Shown here one piece after another: positions 18,565 to 28,335 of a stretch of 64,000 nucleotides of DNA. How positions within the stretch are numbered: position 1 is the first letter of the stretch; each line of letters starts with the position of its first letter. Under the pieces are notes generated by a model that was not told where the DNA came from, did no database searches, and was given only the letters and a program-made list of their open reading frames with translations. The stretch covers positions 384,001-448,000 of the forward strand of contig CAXXHG010000043.1 of the NCBI GenBank assembly GCA_963666315.2, written 5' to 3'. The DNA is from Candidatus Binatia bacterium. GTDB lineage: Bacteria > Desulfobacterota > Binatia > Bin18. The translations under genes were made by a program, and so were the position numbers.

Positions 18565-19956
18565 ATGAAAACACCAGGAGCTGATCCCAAAGCCCTTCTT
18601 CGCACGCTCCCGTCCGTCGAAAAAATTCTGAGCGCTGCGGCCTTTCAGCCCATTCTGGCGCGTTACAATAGGACCTATACTACCGATGTCATACGCAACG
18701 TGCTGGCGACTGCGCGTCACGACATTCTGGCTGGAACAATTATCGACCAGGTGAATGAGAGAAACGTCGTCGAACGGGTGCATACAGTGCTCCGTCGCGA
18801 CGACCAGTCCCCGCTGCGTTCGGTCATCAATGCAACCGGGACGGTGCTGCATACGAATCTCGGCCGCGCGCTGCTGGCTAAGGATGCGCTGGATGAAATG
18901 GTCCGAGTCGGCTCAACACCGGTGACGCTGGAATACGACATAGCTAAGACCGGACGCGGCGACCGGGATGATGTCATTGAGGCCGACGTGCTTGCCCTGA
19001 CGGGCGCAGAAGCGGCGACTGTTGTGAACAATAATGCGGCGGCAGTCCTGCTTGTGCTCAATACGCTGGCGGAAGGCAAAGAGGGAATTGTGTCGCGCGG
19101 GGAGCTGATTGAGATTGGCGGTTCGTTTCGCATCCCGGATGTCATGCGCAAGAGCGGAGTTGTTCTGCGTGAAGTGGGAACGACTAATCGGACCCATCTC
19201 AAAGATTATGCTGGTGCGATTTCTGCTGAGACCGGCGTGTTGCTGAAAGTTCACACCAGCAACTACCGTATCATTGGTTTTACTGCAGAAGTCGGGTTGG
19301 AAGAACTGGTTGTCTTAGGCAGGGAACACAACATCCCAGTGATGGAAGACCTTGGTGCAGGCGCGCTCATTGATCTGTCGCAATATGGTCTCCCAAAAGA
19401 ACCCATAGTAGCTGAGCGGATTGCGAAAGGTGCGGACGTTGTCACCTTTAGTGGCGATAAGCTGCTCGGCGGGCCACAGGCCGGACTCATTGTTGGTTGC
19501 AAAGAATGGATCGATAAGATCAAGAAGAATCCACTCAAACGTGCCTTACGGCTTGGCAAACTGACCCTGGCCGCGCTGAGTGCAACCCTGCGGCTGTACC
19601 GTCGTTCGCCCGATCTGCTCCAGGCCTTGCCGACCTTGCGTTGGCTGACCCGGCCGATAGAAGACATGGAAGCGATTGCTGCGCAAGCCCTACCGTTGCT
19701 TCAGAAAACGCTTGGCGACGAATTCTCGATAGCGGCTGACGACGCTATGGCACAGATCGGCAGCGGTGCTCTGCCGGAAGAAGAACTGCCGAGTAAAGTT
19801 ATCGCCATTCGTCATCCACAACTGTCGGCTGAAAAAATAGCGACCCGTTTTCGAGACGCTGATCCACCCATCCTCGGCCGCATCCATGACGGGACGTTTT
19901 TGCTCGACCTGCGTGGGATTTTTGATGCAACTCAGCTCGTCCCACGTTCTTCCTGA
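18565..19956 (+). CDS. selA: L-seryl-tRNA(Sec) selenium transferase
   Basis: VINATGTVLHTNLGRA, SRGELIEIGGSFRIPD, EVGTTNRTH, FSGDKLLGGPQAG. Confidence 0.97.
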   Translation: MKTPGADPKALLRTLPSVEKILSAAAFQPILARYNRTYTTDVIRNVLATARHDILAGTIIDQVNERNVVERVHTVLRRDDQSPLRSVINATGTVLHTNLGRALLAKDALDEMVRVGSTPVTLEYDIAKTGRGDRDDVIEADVLALTGAEAATVVNNNAAAVLLVLNTLAEGKEGIVSRGELIEIGGSFRIPDVMRKSGVVLREVGTTNRTHLKDYAGAISAETGVLLKVHTSNYRIIGFTAEVGLEELVVLGREHNIPVMEDLGAGALIDLSQYGLPKEPIVAERIAKGADVVTFSGDKLLGGPQAGLIVGCKEWIDKIKKNPLKRALRLGKLTLAALSATLRLYRRSPDLLQALPTLRWLTRPIEDMEAIAAQALPLLQKTLGDEFSIAADDAMAQIGSGALPEEELPSKVIAIRHPQLSAEKIATRFRDADPPILGRIHDGTFLLDLRGIFDATQLVPRSS

Positions 19957-19981
19957 CGCTGCAAGCTGAAGCTGGAAGACT

Positions 19982-20077
19982 TGGCGGAGAAGAGATGGAG
20001 TCGAACCATCCGCGCAACGTTACGCCACGCAACTCGGTTTTGAAGACCGGTACAGCCACCGGGCCATATCCTTCTCC
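19982..20077 (-). tRNA. selC: tRNA-Sec (anticodon TCA)
   Basis: 8-bp acceptor GGAGAAGG/TCTTCTCC, 6-bp D-stem, CTTCAAA loop, long variable arm, 5-bp T-stem, GCCA end; next to selA. Confidence 0.95.
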
Positions 20078-20112
20078 GCATAATGAAATCAAGCATTTAG
20101 CATGTGGGCGAA

Positions 20113-21156
20113 TTAGCGTCCAGATCCGTTTGCCAACAATTTGCCAACAGATTGGCCCACGGATGTAGGACGAGGACCGTTCACGACGTTTTTGAGCGCT
20201 TCAAGGGAGGGTTTATTGTACCTGGCGAAGACCTTATCAGTGCGGTGGCCGGTTATCGCCTTGATATAGTCCCTATCCCACCCCTCTCCGACCTTTCTGG
20301 TGACAAAGGACCGGCGCACGTCATGGAAATGGACGTCTTCGAGACCTGCTCTTGCGACCGCGTTATTGAATGACGTCTGGATACTTTTGAACGGTACTCC
20401 TCTGAGGGACAAAAATACATGTTGATAGATTTCGGTCACTTTCCTTCTTTCACGGCGTAGGTCCAGGAAGATTTCTCGCAGGATATCGCTTATGGGAACC
20501 AAGCGTTTGCGGCTCGTTTTCGTGTCATCGCTCAGGAGTGTGATAATGTCATTCCTAAGATCGACCCGAGTCCAGGTCAGCCTAAGAATTTCACCCTTCC
20601 GCATCCCAGTTTCCCACGCACACAACAAGATTGGTTTCAGATGCTCTGCTGCTTGTTCGTAGAGACCAGCGTACTCTTCTTCTGTCAAGACTCGATCTCG
20701 CTCGTTATCCTCTCGAAACAATTCGACCGCTGGGAGTTTCTCTAAGATCCCCTCCTTCCAAGCCATACGCAAGATGTGCCGAAGTAATGCAAGCTTGCGG
20801 TTGCAAGTCGCTGGGCTTTGCAACCGCTCTGGATTCCTGCGGCATGGTGTCTTTCGGAGTTTTAGACCGAATTCCTTGATCCTTGCGTAGGTAATGTTCG
20901 CTAAGGGTAAAGGACCAAATTCCACATTGAGGAACTGCAACAATAATTCGTCGTCCCTGATTGTCTTTTTTCCAGCGGCCAGTTCCAAATATCTGCATCC
21001 CCAGCTATGGAACGTCATCCACTCGGTTCTCCCCCTGTCGAAGTCTACTCTGCGCTCATTCTCGCCTAGGAGGAGCTTTTTCTTGCTTCTCGCTCCTCGA
21101 AGATCTGTGCCCGCGGGAATCTTCCGATTCACCCCTTTCCAATCCTTGAACCGCAC
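20113..21156 (-). CDS. Tyrosine recombinase/integrase (start uncertain)
   Basis: SPATCNRKLALL, TGMRKGE, TKT, FHDVRRSF, TGH, ARY catalytic set. Confidence 0.9.
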   Translation of the reverse strand: MRFKDWKGVNRKIPAGTDLRGARSKKKLLLGENERRVDFDRGRTEWMTFHSWGCRYLELAAGKKTIRDDELLLQFLNVEFGPLPLANITYARIKEFGLKLRKTPCRRNPERLQSPATCNRKLALLRHILRMAWKEGILEKLPAVELFREDNERDRVLTEEEYAGLYEQAAEHLKPILLCAWETGMRKGEILRLTWTRVDLRNDIITLLSDDTKTSRKRLVPISDILREIFLDLRRERRKVTEIYQHVFLSLRGVPFKSIQTSFNNAVARAGLEDVHFHDVRRSFVTRKVGEGWDRDYIKAITGHRTDKVFARYNKPSLEALKNVVNGPRPTSVGQSVGKLLANGSGR

Positions 21157-21218
21157 GTAGTAGCGGGTCGTCCATATGGCGCTGTCGGAGCAGTTGTTGA
21201 TTTGCGGAGATTGGCTCG

Positions 21219-21500
21219 GTGATTCGACGGCAGGCCATCTTCTTGATGGGATTCCTACTCACCGATCTCGAAGGCGGCGGCATCTCGCTTGAAAGAATAC
21301 TCTCCAACTGTAAGAGGCTCGCACGACTACCCGACGATTTTGAAACGATGGAGTGGTTTACTCTTGAAATACGCGGGTACAGTACGAGGGATTTTCCAAG
21401 ATACACAAAAAAAACAAGAGAAATGCTGGACAGCTTCAATCACCAACCTTGAGGCAACTATCGAGGGGCACTTGATCTCACTAAAGAATTTGAAACCGCC
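21219..21500 (+). pseudogene. AbiTii-like N-terminal fragment
   Basis: SLERILSNCKRLARL.DD....WFTLEIRGY pattern; breaks at a poly-A run near 21410; recalled similarity only. Confidence 0.45.
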
Positions 21501-21630
21501 CGACCAGTGCCTATCGCCGATAGCGGTTCTGCGACTGAGATTCGCGTGTGTACCTTGTGAAAGTGTGTCGTTCAAACAGTGAATGCCATACGCAGGGTAT
21601 CAGCCTTAACAATGTCGAGAGCAACTTTGA

Positions 21631-21750
21631 CTGCCTGACGCGCGCGCGGAGACTTTTGGCCTTACCCACATAGATGACGGTTCCGTCTTTATCCTTGAAT
21701 TTATACACCCCGGGACTTGTTGGTAGGGTTCCGAGCTTGGCTTCAAGCTC
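21631..21750 (-). pseudogene. UvrC-type GIY-YIG N-terminal fragment
   Basis: [36 protein letters not shown], then loses similarity. Confidence 0.8.
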
Positions 21751-21898
21751 GGCACTGTGCAAAAAGGTATTATCCACCCGAGTCCTCAAAATAATAAAGG
21801 CGACCACTCAGGCCGCCCTTATCGTTAGCTAGCTAGCCACTAAGCAAGATAGCTGTAGTCTATATCTGTCAATACGCCAAGAGCCATGTTTGGTCTCG

Positions 21899-21927
21899 TT
21901 GACCGCCCAGGGCAAACCCGCTAGATG
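21899..21927 (+). promoter_or_regulatory. Sigma70-like promoter for the ferredoxin fusion gene
   Basis: TTGACC-17 nt-TAGATG; AAGGAG RBS downstream. Confidence 0.45.
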
Positions 21928-21983
21928 AAGAGCTGCTATACGACTGAGTAGTGTGTCAGTTTGTGTAAGGAGAAACATTCAGT

Positions 21984-23363
21984 ATGGCTACGATGATCAC
22001 GGAGGAGTGCATCAATTGCGGTGCGTGTGAACCCGAATGCCCCAACACCGCTATCTATCAGGGTGCCGTTGAGTGGGAATTCAACGGGGAAGAGCACGCC
22101 GCAATATCCGAGGACCTTTTCTATATCGTTCCGCAAAAATGTACAGAATGTGTCGGTTTTTACGACGAGGAAGCGTGCCAGGCAGTCTGCCCGGTTGACT
22201 GCTGTCTGCCTGACCCGGACATTGTTGAGACGGAAGAGGTCCTGCTCGTACGCGCCAAAGAACTGCATCCCGAGCAAACGTTTGGCGACGACTTTCCGTC
22301 GCGATTCAAGGGTGCGGAAGCGCAAGCTACAGCGACTGCCCCGGTAGAAGCTGAGACTCCGGCGCCGGTGACAAATGGAGCCGCTAAACCCGCATCAGCT
22401 CCGCCTGCAGTCACTGCTCCTACGCTAGCACCCGTGGTGGCTGCTCCAGCAGTCGCCGCACCGACCCCAAAACCAGTCCCGCCTAAGAAAGTTGAAGAAA
22501 AGGTATTCGAAGGTGAGCTGGCCGGCAGTTATGCACAGGCCTTTACGCGCGTACAAGCCAAGCAGAATAACTCGATCATTGGGGTACTGCTCGCCGCAGC
22601 ACAGCCCATACTAGGCGCTTTGCCCCTCTCTACAAAGAAAGTCTTAGAGCGAGCTGTTGGGGATACACGTTATTTTAGCGTTGGAACCGCGACAGGCCTG
22701 AATGTCTTGCTTAATATGGTGCTGTATCCCATTATCTTGCTGGCCGTGTATACCACGGTCTTGGGTGGCGAACTGTTCAGCCAAGCAGGGAATAAATTCA
22801 TCTTTTGGGGCATCCTGATTGCCTCGGTAGAATCCATGATTCGCCTGCGTGAATCCTTCTTTCAAGGGATACCGATCGAAGAGACGCCACTGCGTGGGAC
22901 GTTTTACGGTCTGCCGCTTGCGCCGATCCTGGCTCCCTTTCTAGGGTCTTCCAGGGGGCGGACGCCTGATACAGGTGGTCAGCCTATTGAGGGCTATTAC
23001 ACATCAGAGTTTGATGACAAAACAGAGCGTGCGCGTCGATACGGGGAGCGATACGCTGTCGAGGAATATGGCAACGCGTATGTCCTACGCCTGGAACTCC
23101 CGCGGCGGATTCCTGTTTCCGCGGCGAAGCGTGAGATGGGTATTGGCGATGAGATGCCCGACTACGACTATGATTTGTCCCTGAAAAACGGCAGTTTCTT
23201 TGTGAAAGGCAGTGTCGCCGACCCTGACGTCCGAAAATTGGCCGCTGTGTCGTCCGCTTTTCCACCCGATTTTACTAAGCGGATCGATGTCGGTAAGTCT
23301 ATCGGGAGCTTCAAACATCGCTATAACGATAAGGTACTTGAAGTGGTGTTGTTCAAACGCTAA
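21984..23363 (+). CDS. YfhL-type 2x[4Fe-4S] ferredoxin fused to a Pro/Ala linker, membrane segment and Hsp20-like C-terminal domain
   Basis: CINCGACEPECP and CTECVG...CQAVCPVDCC; hydrophobic helices around aa 195-285; C-terminal alpha-crystallin-like strand pattern. Confidence 0.8.
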   Translation: MATMITEECINCGACEPECPNTAIYQGAVEWEFNGEEHAAISEDLFYIVPQKCTECVGFYDEEACQAVCPVDCCLPDPDIVETEEVLLVRAKELHPEQTFGDDFPSRFKGAEAQATATAPVEAETPAPVTNGAAKPASAPPAVTAPTLAPVVAAPAVAAPTPKPVPPKKVEEKVFEGELAGSYAQAFTRVQAKQNNSIIGVLLAAAQPILGALPLSTKKVLERAVGDTRYFSVGTATGLNVLLNMVLYPIILLAVYTTVLGGELFSQAGNKFIFWGILIASVESMIRLRESFFQGIPIEETPLRGTFYGLPLAPILAPFLGSSRGRTPDTGGQPIEGYYTSEFDDKTERARRYGERYAVEEYGNAYVLRLELPRRIPVSAAKREMGIGDEMPDYDYDLSLKNGSFFVKGSVADPDVRKLAAVSSAFPPDFTKRIDVGKSIGSFKHRYNDKVLEVVLFKR

Positions 23364-23377
23364 ACGTGCCGACGTAT

Positions 23378-23434
23378 GGAGCGAGTGGAGCAGCCTCTTC
23401 AGAATGTCATGCAGAAGAGATGCTGCTTCGCTCC
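23378..23434. repeat. Imperfect long inverted repeat (intergenic hairpin)
   Basis: GGAGCG..GAGCAGC-CTCTTC ... GAAGAG..GCTGCTT-CGCTCC. Confidence 0.65.
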
Positions 23435-23627
23435 GCATCTATAATCCACCGACCTTCCCGCCGTTTCTGAGACTGAGTAAGTCTTGTTTTCTGTGCCTTG
23501 GACAACCGACTCCTTCGAGGTTGGGCTGTATAATTCTGACACCCGCGCAAGGACTTACAAGAACCTAGAGGTTCCAGAACAAAAGACAGCCAAATCCGAA
23601 CTCTCTACGCGAGAGGGAAACGCTAAA

Positions 23628-25022
23628 ATGGAGACAGCCGGACCGTCCACTCGGCAGACGAATCTTCCCCTACGCATGGTGATTGGCTACGGGGCAGGGA
23701 ACTTCGCTTTTGCCCTCCTTGGCCTTGTCGTTGCCGTAAATTTGCAATTTTTTTACACCGACTACGTAGGGCTCTCGGCAGGACTGGTGTCCTGGTCGTT
23801 ACTCTTGGCTCGCATGCTTGATGCGGTGACGGACCCCGTCATGGGCTACCTGTCTGACCGGTCACAGACACGACTCGGGCGTCGGCGCCCATATTTTTTA
23901 GGTGCTGCTCTCCCGTTGGGTGTTGCGTTTTACTTTCTCTTTGCACCCCCAGCTGTTGAGAACCCAGCCCAACATCAGACGTATCTACTTGTCTATCTGC
24001 TCACGACGTATACGCTGACCTATCTGATCTGGACGATTGGAGCCGTACCGTATTTTAGCTTAGGCGCGGAGTTGACGGACGACTATCAGGAACGGGTATA
24101 CGTCATTGCCGTGCGCGAAGCGTGGGCGCTGTGTGGGCTTTTGGCAGCGGCCATTCTGCCTGCCTACCTCATTTATTTGTATGGAGGACGCCAAGGCTAT
24201 GCCGCGATGGGTGGCATCCTGGGTGTCGGCACCTCGCTCTTTCTGATTATTGCGGCTCTGAGTGTACGCGAACGACCCGAGTTTCAAGGCCGCCCGCCGC
24301 TGCCGCCGTATCAAGGCTGGCGGGAGACGTTACGCAATCCCCACTTTCGACCTCTGCTTATCGCGTTTACGTGTAGTGCAATTGCGGGCGCGATTCCTGC
24401 AACACTGGTCATTTACGTATCGGTCTACATCATCGGCACGCCACCGTGGTGGACGGCTACGGTTCCCGCTTGGCTGCCGACCTGGTCCTATTATCTGTTA
24501 GTCTATTTTGCGAGTGGGATCTGCTCGCTCCCGGTCTGGAATTGGATTGCAAGTCGAGTGGGAAAGAAAGCTACATGGGGCATCTCCATTGTCTTGGCCG
24601 TGATTGTGAGTGTCGCCTGTTGGGGCCTCGCGCCGGGAGCGATAGGCTATTTTACCTGTATTCTCATCCTTGGAGGGATCGCCTTTGGGAACTATCTTGC
24701 CTTACCCGCCTCGATTGTGGCTGATTTGATTGACTATGATGAGGCACGCACAGGCCGCCGCCGTGAGGCGTCTTATTTTGCCATCTGGGCCTTTGCGACC
24801 AAGCTTGGCAATGCGATTACGGGCTTTGCCGCCTTGCAGGTCCTGGAGCACGTTGGCTATGTCCCCGGTGTCCCCCAAACCGAGCTGGTCAAGACATGGA
24901 TGCTCGGTATGTATTCGTGGTTCCCGGCTGCCTTTTATCTCCTGTCGGGATGGGCGCTCCTTCGTTTCCGTTTCAGCCAGGCTGATCTCGAAGCTGTGCA
25001 AAAGCAGCTCGGGAGGGTCTGA
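23628..25022 (+). CDS. MFS transporter, GPH (MelB-like) family
   Basis: DAVTDPVMGYLSDR, LGRRRPY, GAELTDDYQER, ADLIDYDE..TGRRRE, about 12 TM. Confidence 0.92.
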   Translation: METAGPSTRQTNLPLRMVIGYGAGNFAFALLGLVVAVNLQFFYTDYVGLSAGLVSWSLLLARMLDAVTDPVMGYLSDRSQTRLGRRRPYFLGAALPLGVAFYFLFAPPAVENPAQHQTYLLVYLLTTYTLTYLIWTIGAVPYFSLGAELTDDYQERVYVIAVREAWALCGLLAAAILPAYLIYLYGGRQGYAAMGGILGVGTSLFLIIAALSVRERPEFQGRPPLPPYQGWRETLRNPHFRPLLIAFTCSAIAGAIPATLVIYVSVYIIGTPPWWTATVPAWLPTWSYYLLVYFASGICSLPVWNWIASRVGKKATWGISIVLAVIVSVACWGLAPGAIGYFTCILILGGIAFGNYLALPASIVADLIDYDEARTGRRREASYFAIWAFATKLGNAITGFAALQVLEHVGYVPGVPQTELVKTWMLGMYSWFPAAFYLLSGWALLRFRFSQADLEAVQKQLGRV

Positions 25023-25107
25023 ATCAGGGCCTTGCTCAAGAGAGCCTGTCCTCGGAACGTTTGCAGAATGCTTGCAAAATTCCCATCCGCCCCATAAGCA
25101 ATGAACC

Positions 25108-28100
25108 ATGTCGCACAAGCGGGTCTTTGTCTCTGACTCACTTGCTGTTTTGCAAGAGGCGTGTATTTCCGCCATCCAAACGCTGAAGGCGGCTGACCCG
25201 CTCACTGCGCTGACCGTTATTGTCCCGAACGATCTTCTCGGAACCCAACTGAGCCAAGAGGTTGTCTGGGCCGGGGATGGATATATAGGGCTCCGGTTTG
25301 TGACGCTGGTTGATTTCGCTGCCGGCATTGCTGACGGCGCTTTGGCACAGGCAGGACAACAGCGTGTGTCCGATGTGGCAGCAGCGCGTATTGTGAGAAA
25401 TCTGATGCAGGCTATGCCTGGCACGGGGTTCCCGGAACTTGCCCAGCAGCCTCGGCTTCCGCAGTTCTTTGTGGAGACCATGACTGAGCTCAAACAGGCC
25501 GGCATCCGGCCGCATCAGCTGCAAACATTTGGCGCTCAGATTTCTCTCCAATCGACCATGTATCGAGACAAGATGCGCAATCTCTTTCACCTCTATGATC
25601 GCTATACGGACTTCTTGGCCGAACATCAGCTTGTCGATGACGCTGATCTGTTTACGCATGCTGCCCAAGGAGAGACCGTTATCTCTGACGGCCCGCTACT
25701 GTTGTATAGCTGTATCGCATTGACTGCACTGCAGCGTCGCCTTATCGAAATAGTTTTCAGACAGCGTGACGGGCTAATCTTTCTTCCGTGGAGACCGGGC
25801 TCAGCCTATGAATCTGTGACTCCTGTGTTGACGTGGCTTATGGGATTGGGGTTTCAGTATGCTGCTCTTGCACACTCGGAGACGCTGCCGCGAGACCTCG
25901 CTCGAGTTGCGACTCGACTCTTCGAGAGGACTTGGGAGCAGACGAAAACAAAGCCGAGCGCAGGAGAGCCGCACGACGCTCCTGCCTGCGCCGATTCTTC
26001 CGTCCACATTACTTCCGCGCCAGATCAAACACGGGAAGCGCGTGAAATTGCGCGTGCGATTTTTGGCCTCGTGCGAGAGCAAGACTATATCTTTGATGAG
26101 ATCGGCGTGTTTCTCAGAGAGCCTGCAACCTATGCTCCACTCCTGGTTGAGACGTTCGCCAGCCTGGGCATTCCGTACACGCTGGCGGATGGTCTTCCTC
26201 TACTCCAGACGCGAGCGGGGAAGGCCGTGCAGGCGCTGTGTCTGATCCTGGCTGAGGATTTTGCTCGGCAGCGGGTGTTTGAGTTTCTCTGGATTGTACG
26301 CGATTCTTTTCCCGCACCGCTTGGTGCAGCGGTGTCAGCTGCCGACCTCGCTCAGTGGGAAGCCTTGGCGGTGGAAGCCGGGATTGTGCGTGGGGCACAG
26401 GAGTGGCGCATTCGACTCGCTGCTCTTGAAGAAGACGATCAGCAGGGTGAACGTGGTCGAGAAGCGGACACGGGGCAAGTACAAGTCCTGTGCACTTTTA
26501 TCCGGTTCATGCAGCGCTTTCTTTCGGACGCAGCAGAAGTTCTCGTCCAGCAAACATGGACAGGCTGGATCGCGCATTTCCTTCAAGTATGCCGAAGCTA
26601 TGTGTCCTGGACCGCTGACGATATGCAAAGTGATGGTTTGCAAATAGAAGAAGCTCTCCGGGGCCAGGACTATCTTTTTCAGTCAAATGGAGCAGTCCAG
26701 ACCGAGGCGTGGGCCGACAGTGTGTGCGTCATCCTGTCACAAGTACGCCAGCGGCAAAACGTAGTGCATGCAGATGGCGTATTTCTGAGTGATCTGACGC
26801 AGGCCTGGGGCCGCCCTTTTCGGGCCGTCATCATCCCCGGACTCGTAGCAGAGTCGCTGGCAACGCAGCCGTACCGAGATCCCATCCTGCATGATGCAGA
26901 CCGACAACATCTGGCGGAGGTCCTGAGCACTGAAGTTCCGTTGCGCAGACAGCAAGTCGAGTACGAACAACTGCTCTTTACGCTTGCGACTCAAAGTGCG
27001 CAAGAGAGGTTACTCCTGACCTATCCACGCTCCGTAGGAGGGGCGTCGCAAAGCCCATCACTTTTACTTTTGCAGATCGTTAGTGCGCTGTGTGGTCGAC
27101 CGGCAGCGCTTGCAGACCTTGAAAAGAGAAGCCAGTGGGTGTCAAGCGATCCGCTGGACGGCATTTCCCCTCAACATGTGTTGGACACACTGGAGTTGCA
27201 TCTCGCATGTGTTGAGCGTGCGAAAAGCACAGGCAGCCCACAGCCTGTCGAATATGGCCTCCAGACGTTGCCCTTCTTCGCCCCTGCGGCTCGGGCGATG
27301 TTCCAACGCCTGGAGCTTCCACAACTGACGGCCTTTGACGGACTGATTGAGGCGGAGGCTGTCCAAACGACGCTACGGCAGCACCTCTTCCCGCACGGAC
27401 TGCGCTTGTCGGCCAGTGCCCTGGAGAGCTATGCCCGCTGTCCGTTTCGATATTTTTTGAGTGTGGTGCTTCATCTTACGCCCTTGGAACAGCCGGAACA
27501 TATTATGACCATCCTCCCGCGTGACCGAGGCGTGCTGCTGCACGACATCCTGCATGACTTTTTCTCACAACTCCGTACGGCAGATCGTCTCCCCTTGGCA
27601 ACTCAGGACTTGCCTGAGCTGCAAACACTCCTCAGACACGTATCTGAGGAACACTTTTCCCGTTTTGCTTGGAGACGACCGGTGGGACTGCCGTTGTTAT
27701 GGGAGATGGAACGCGAGCAGCTGTCACGTCGTCTACAGGCATTCCTCAAGCGGGACTATGGTGAAGTAGGTTTCTGCCCGGAAGCGTTTGAAGTGCAGTT
27801 CGGACTAGGAGATGAGGAGACAGCAAAGGTGGCTCCTCATTTTTTTCCTCCACAATCCATTCCTTTCACCCTCGATACGGGTGAAGACGTACAACTGCGT
27901 GGGCGTATCGACCGAGTCGATGTGTATCATGAGCGCAACTGCGCACGGATTCTCGACTACAAAACGGGCAAGGCTCCGTCCGGATGCTTTGCCGGCGGAA
28001 CTGCCTTACAACTGTCACTATACCTCTTTGCCGCGCAATACCTCCGGCCGGATCTCACCTGGGTTTCATCAGAATATACGAGTGTTGACGGCTCTGCCCA

Positions 28101-28335
28101 AACGCAGAAATCTGTATTCCCTCTAGCAACCTTGACTTCTACACTCGGAACACTGCGAACCATAGTCACACGTCTTGCCGAGGGGATCTCTTCCGGACAA
28201 TTTTTTTTGGCTCCTGACTCGTGTATGCCGTGTGCCTTTCCTCAGATCTGCGCGGCACACGGACTCAAGCGAGCTGGGGAGAAACTCCAGGACCAGCGGA
28301 CGGCCGCATGGCGCTGGATACGGACTCAAGCATGA
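25108..28335 (+). CDS. addB: AddB/RexB-like subunit with inactive helicase fold and Fe-S PD-(D/E)xK nuclease
   Basis: SASALESYARCPFRYF, RGRIDRVD, ILDYKTG, CMPCAFPQIC. Confidence 0.85.
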   Translation: MSHKRVFVSDSLAVLQEACISAIQTLKAADPLTALTVIVPNDLLGTQLSQEVVWAGDGYIGLRFVTLVDFAAGIADGALAQAGQQRVSDVAAARIVRNLMQAMPGTGFPELAQQPRLPQFFVETMTELKQAGIRPHQLQTFGAQISLQSTMYRDKMRNLFHLYDRYTDFLAEHQLVDDADLFTHAAQGETVISDGPLLLYSCIALTALQRRLIEIVFRQRDGLIFLPWRPGSAYESVTPVLTWLMGLGFQYAALAHSETLPRDLARVATRLFERTWEQTKTKPSAGEPHDAPACADSSVHITSAPDQTREAREIARAIFGLVREQDYIFDEIGVFLREPATYAPLLVETFASLGIPYTLADGLPLLQTRAGKAVQALCLILAEDFARQRVFEFLWIVRDSFPAPLGAAVSAADLAQWEALAVEAGIVRGAQEWRIRLAALEEDDQQGERGREADTGQVQVLCTFIRFMQRFLSDAAEVLVQQTWTGWIAHFLQVCRSYVSWTADDMQSDGLQIEEALRGQDYLFQSNGAVQTEAWADSVCVILSQVRQRQNVVHADGVFLSDLTQAWGRPFRAVIIPGLVAESLATQPYRDPILHDADRQHLAEVLSTEVPLRRQQVEYEQLLFTLATQSAQERLLLTYPRSVGGASQSPSLLLLQIVSALCGRPAALADLEKRSQWVSSDPLDGISPQHVLDTLELHLACVERAKSTGSPQPVEYGLQTLPFFAPAARAMFQRLELPQLTAFDGLIEAEAVQTTLRQHLFPHGLRLSASALESYARCPFRYFLSVVLHLTPLEQPEHIMTILPRDRGVLLHDILHDFFSQLRTADRLPLATQDLPELQTLLRHVSEEHFSRFAWRRPVGLPLLWEMEREQLSRRLQAFLKRDYGEVGFCPEAFEVQFGLGDEETAKVAPHFFPPQSIPFTLDTGEDVQLRGRIDRVDVYHERNCARILDYKTGKAPSGCFAGGTALQLSLYLFAAQYLRPDLTWVSSEYTSVDGSAQTQKSVFPLATLTSTLGTLRTIVTRLAEGISSGQFFLAPDSCMPCAFPQICAAHGLKRAGEKLQDQRTAAWRWIRTQA

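Larger units (their letters stand above)
20078..21830. mobile_element. Remnant integrative element abutting the 5' end of selC (distal boundary uncertain)
   Basis: Integrase ending 35 nt upstream of selC, TTTGCCAACA tandem sites 20129-20149, IHF consensus AATCAAGCATTTA 20087-20099, gene fragments behind; no second att copy seen. Confidence 0.55.

Noticed and set aside
21790-21872. Minus-strand TTGACA promoter plus hairpin as the displaced selC promoter or a tiny RNA
   Set aside because: Spacer to TATCTT is only 15 nt and no selC 5' sequence follows; insufficient support
24702-25505. 267-aa minus-strand ORF
   Set aside because: Overlaps the MFS and addB genes antisense; shadow ORF
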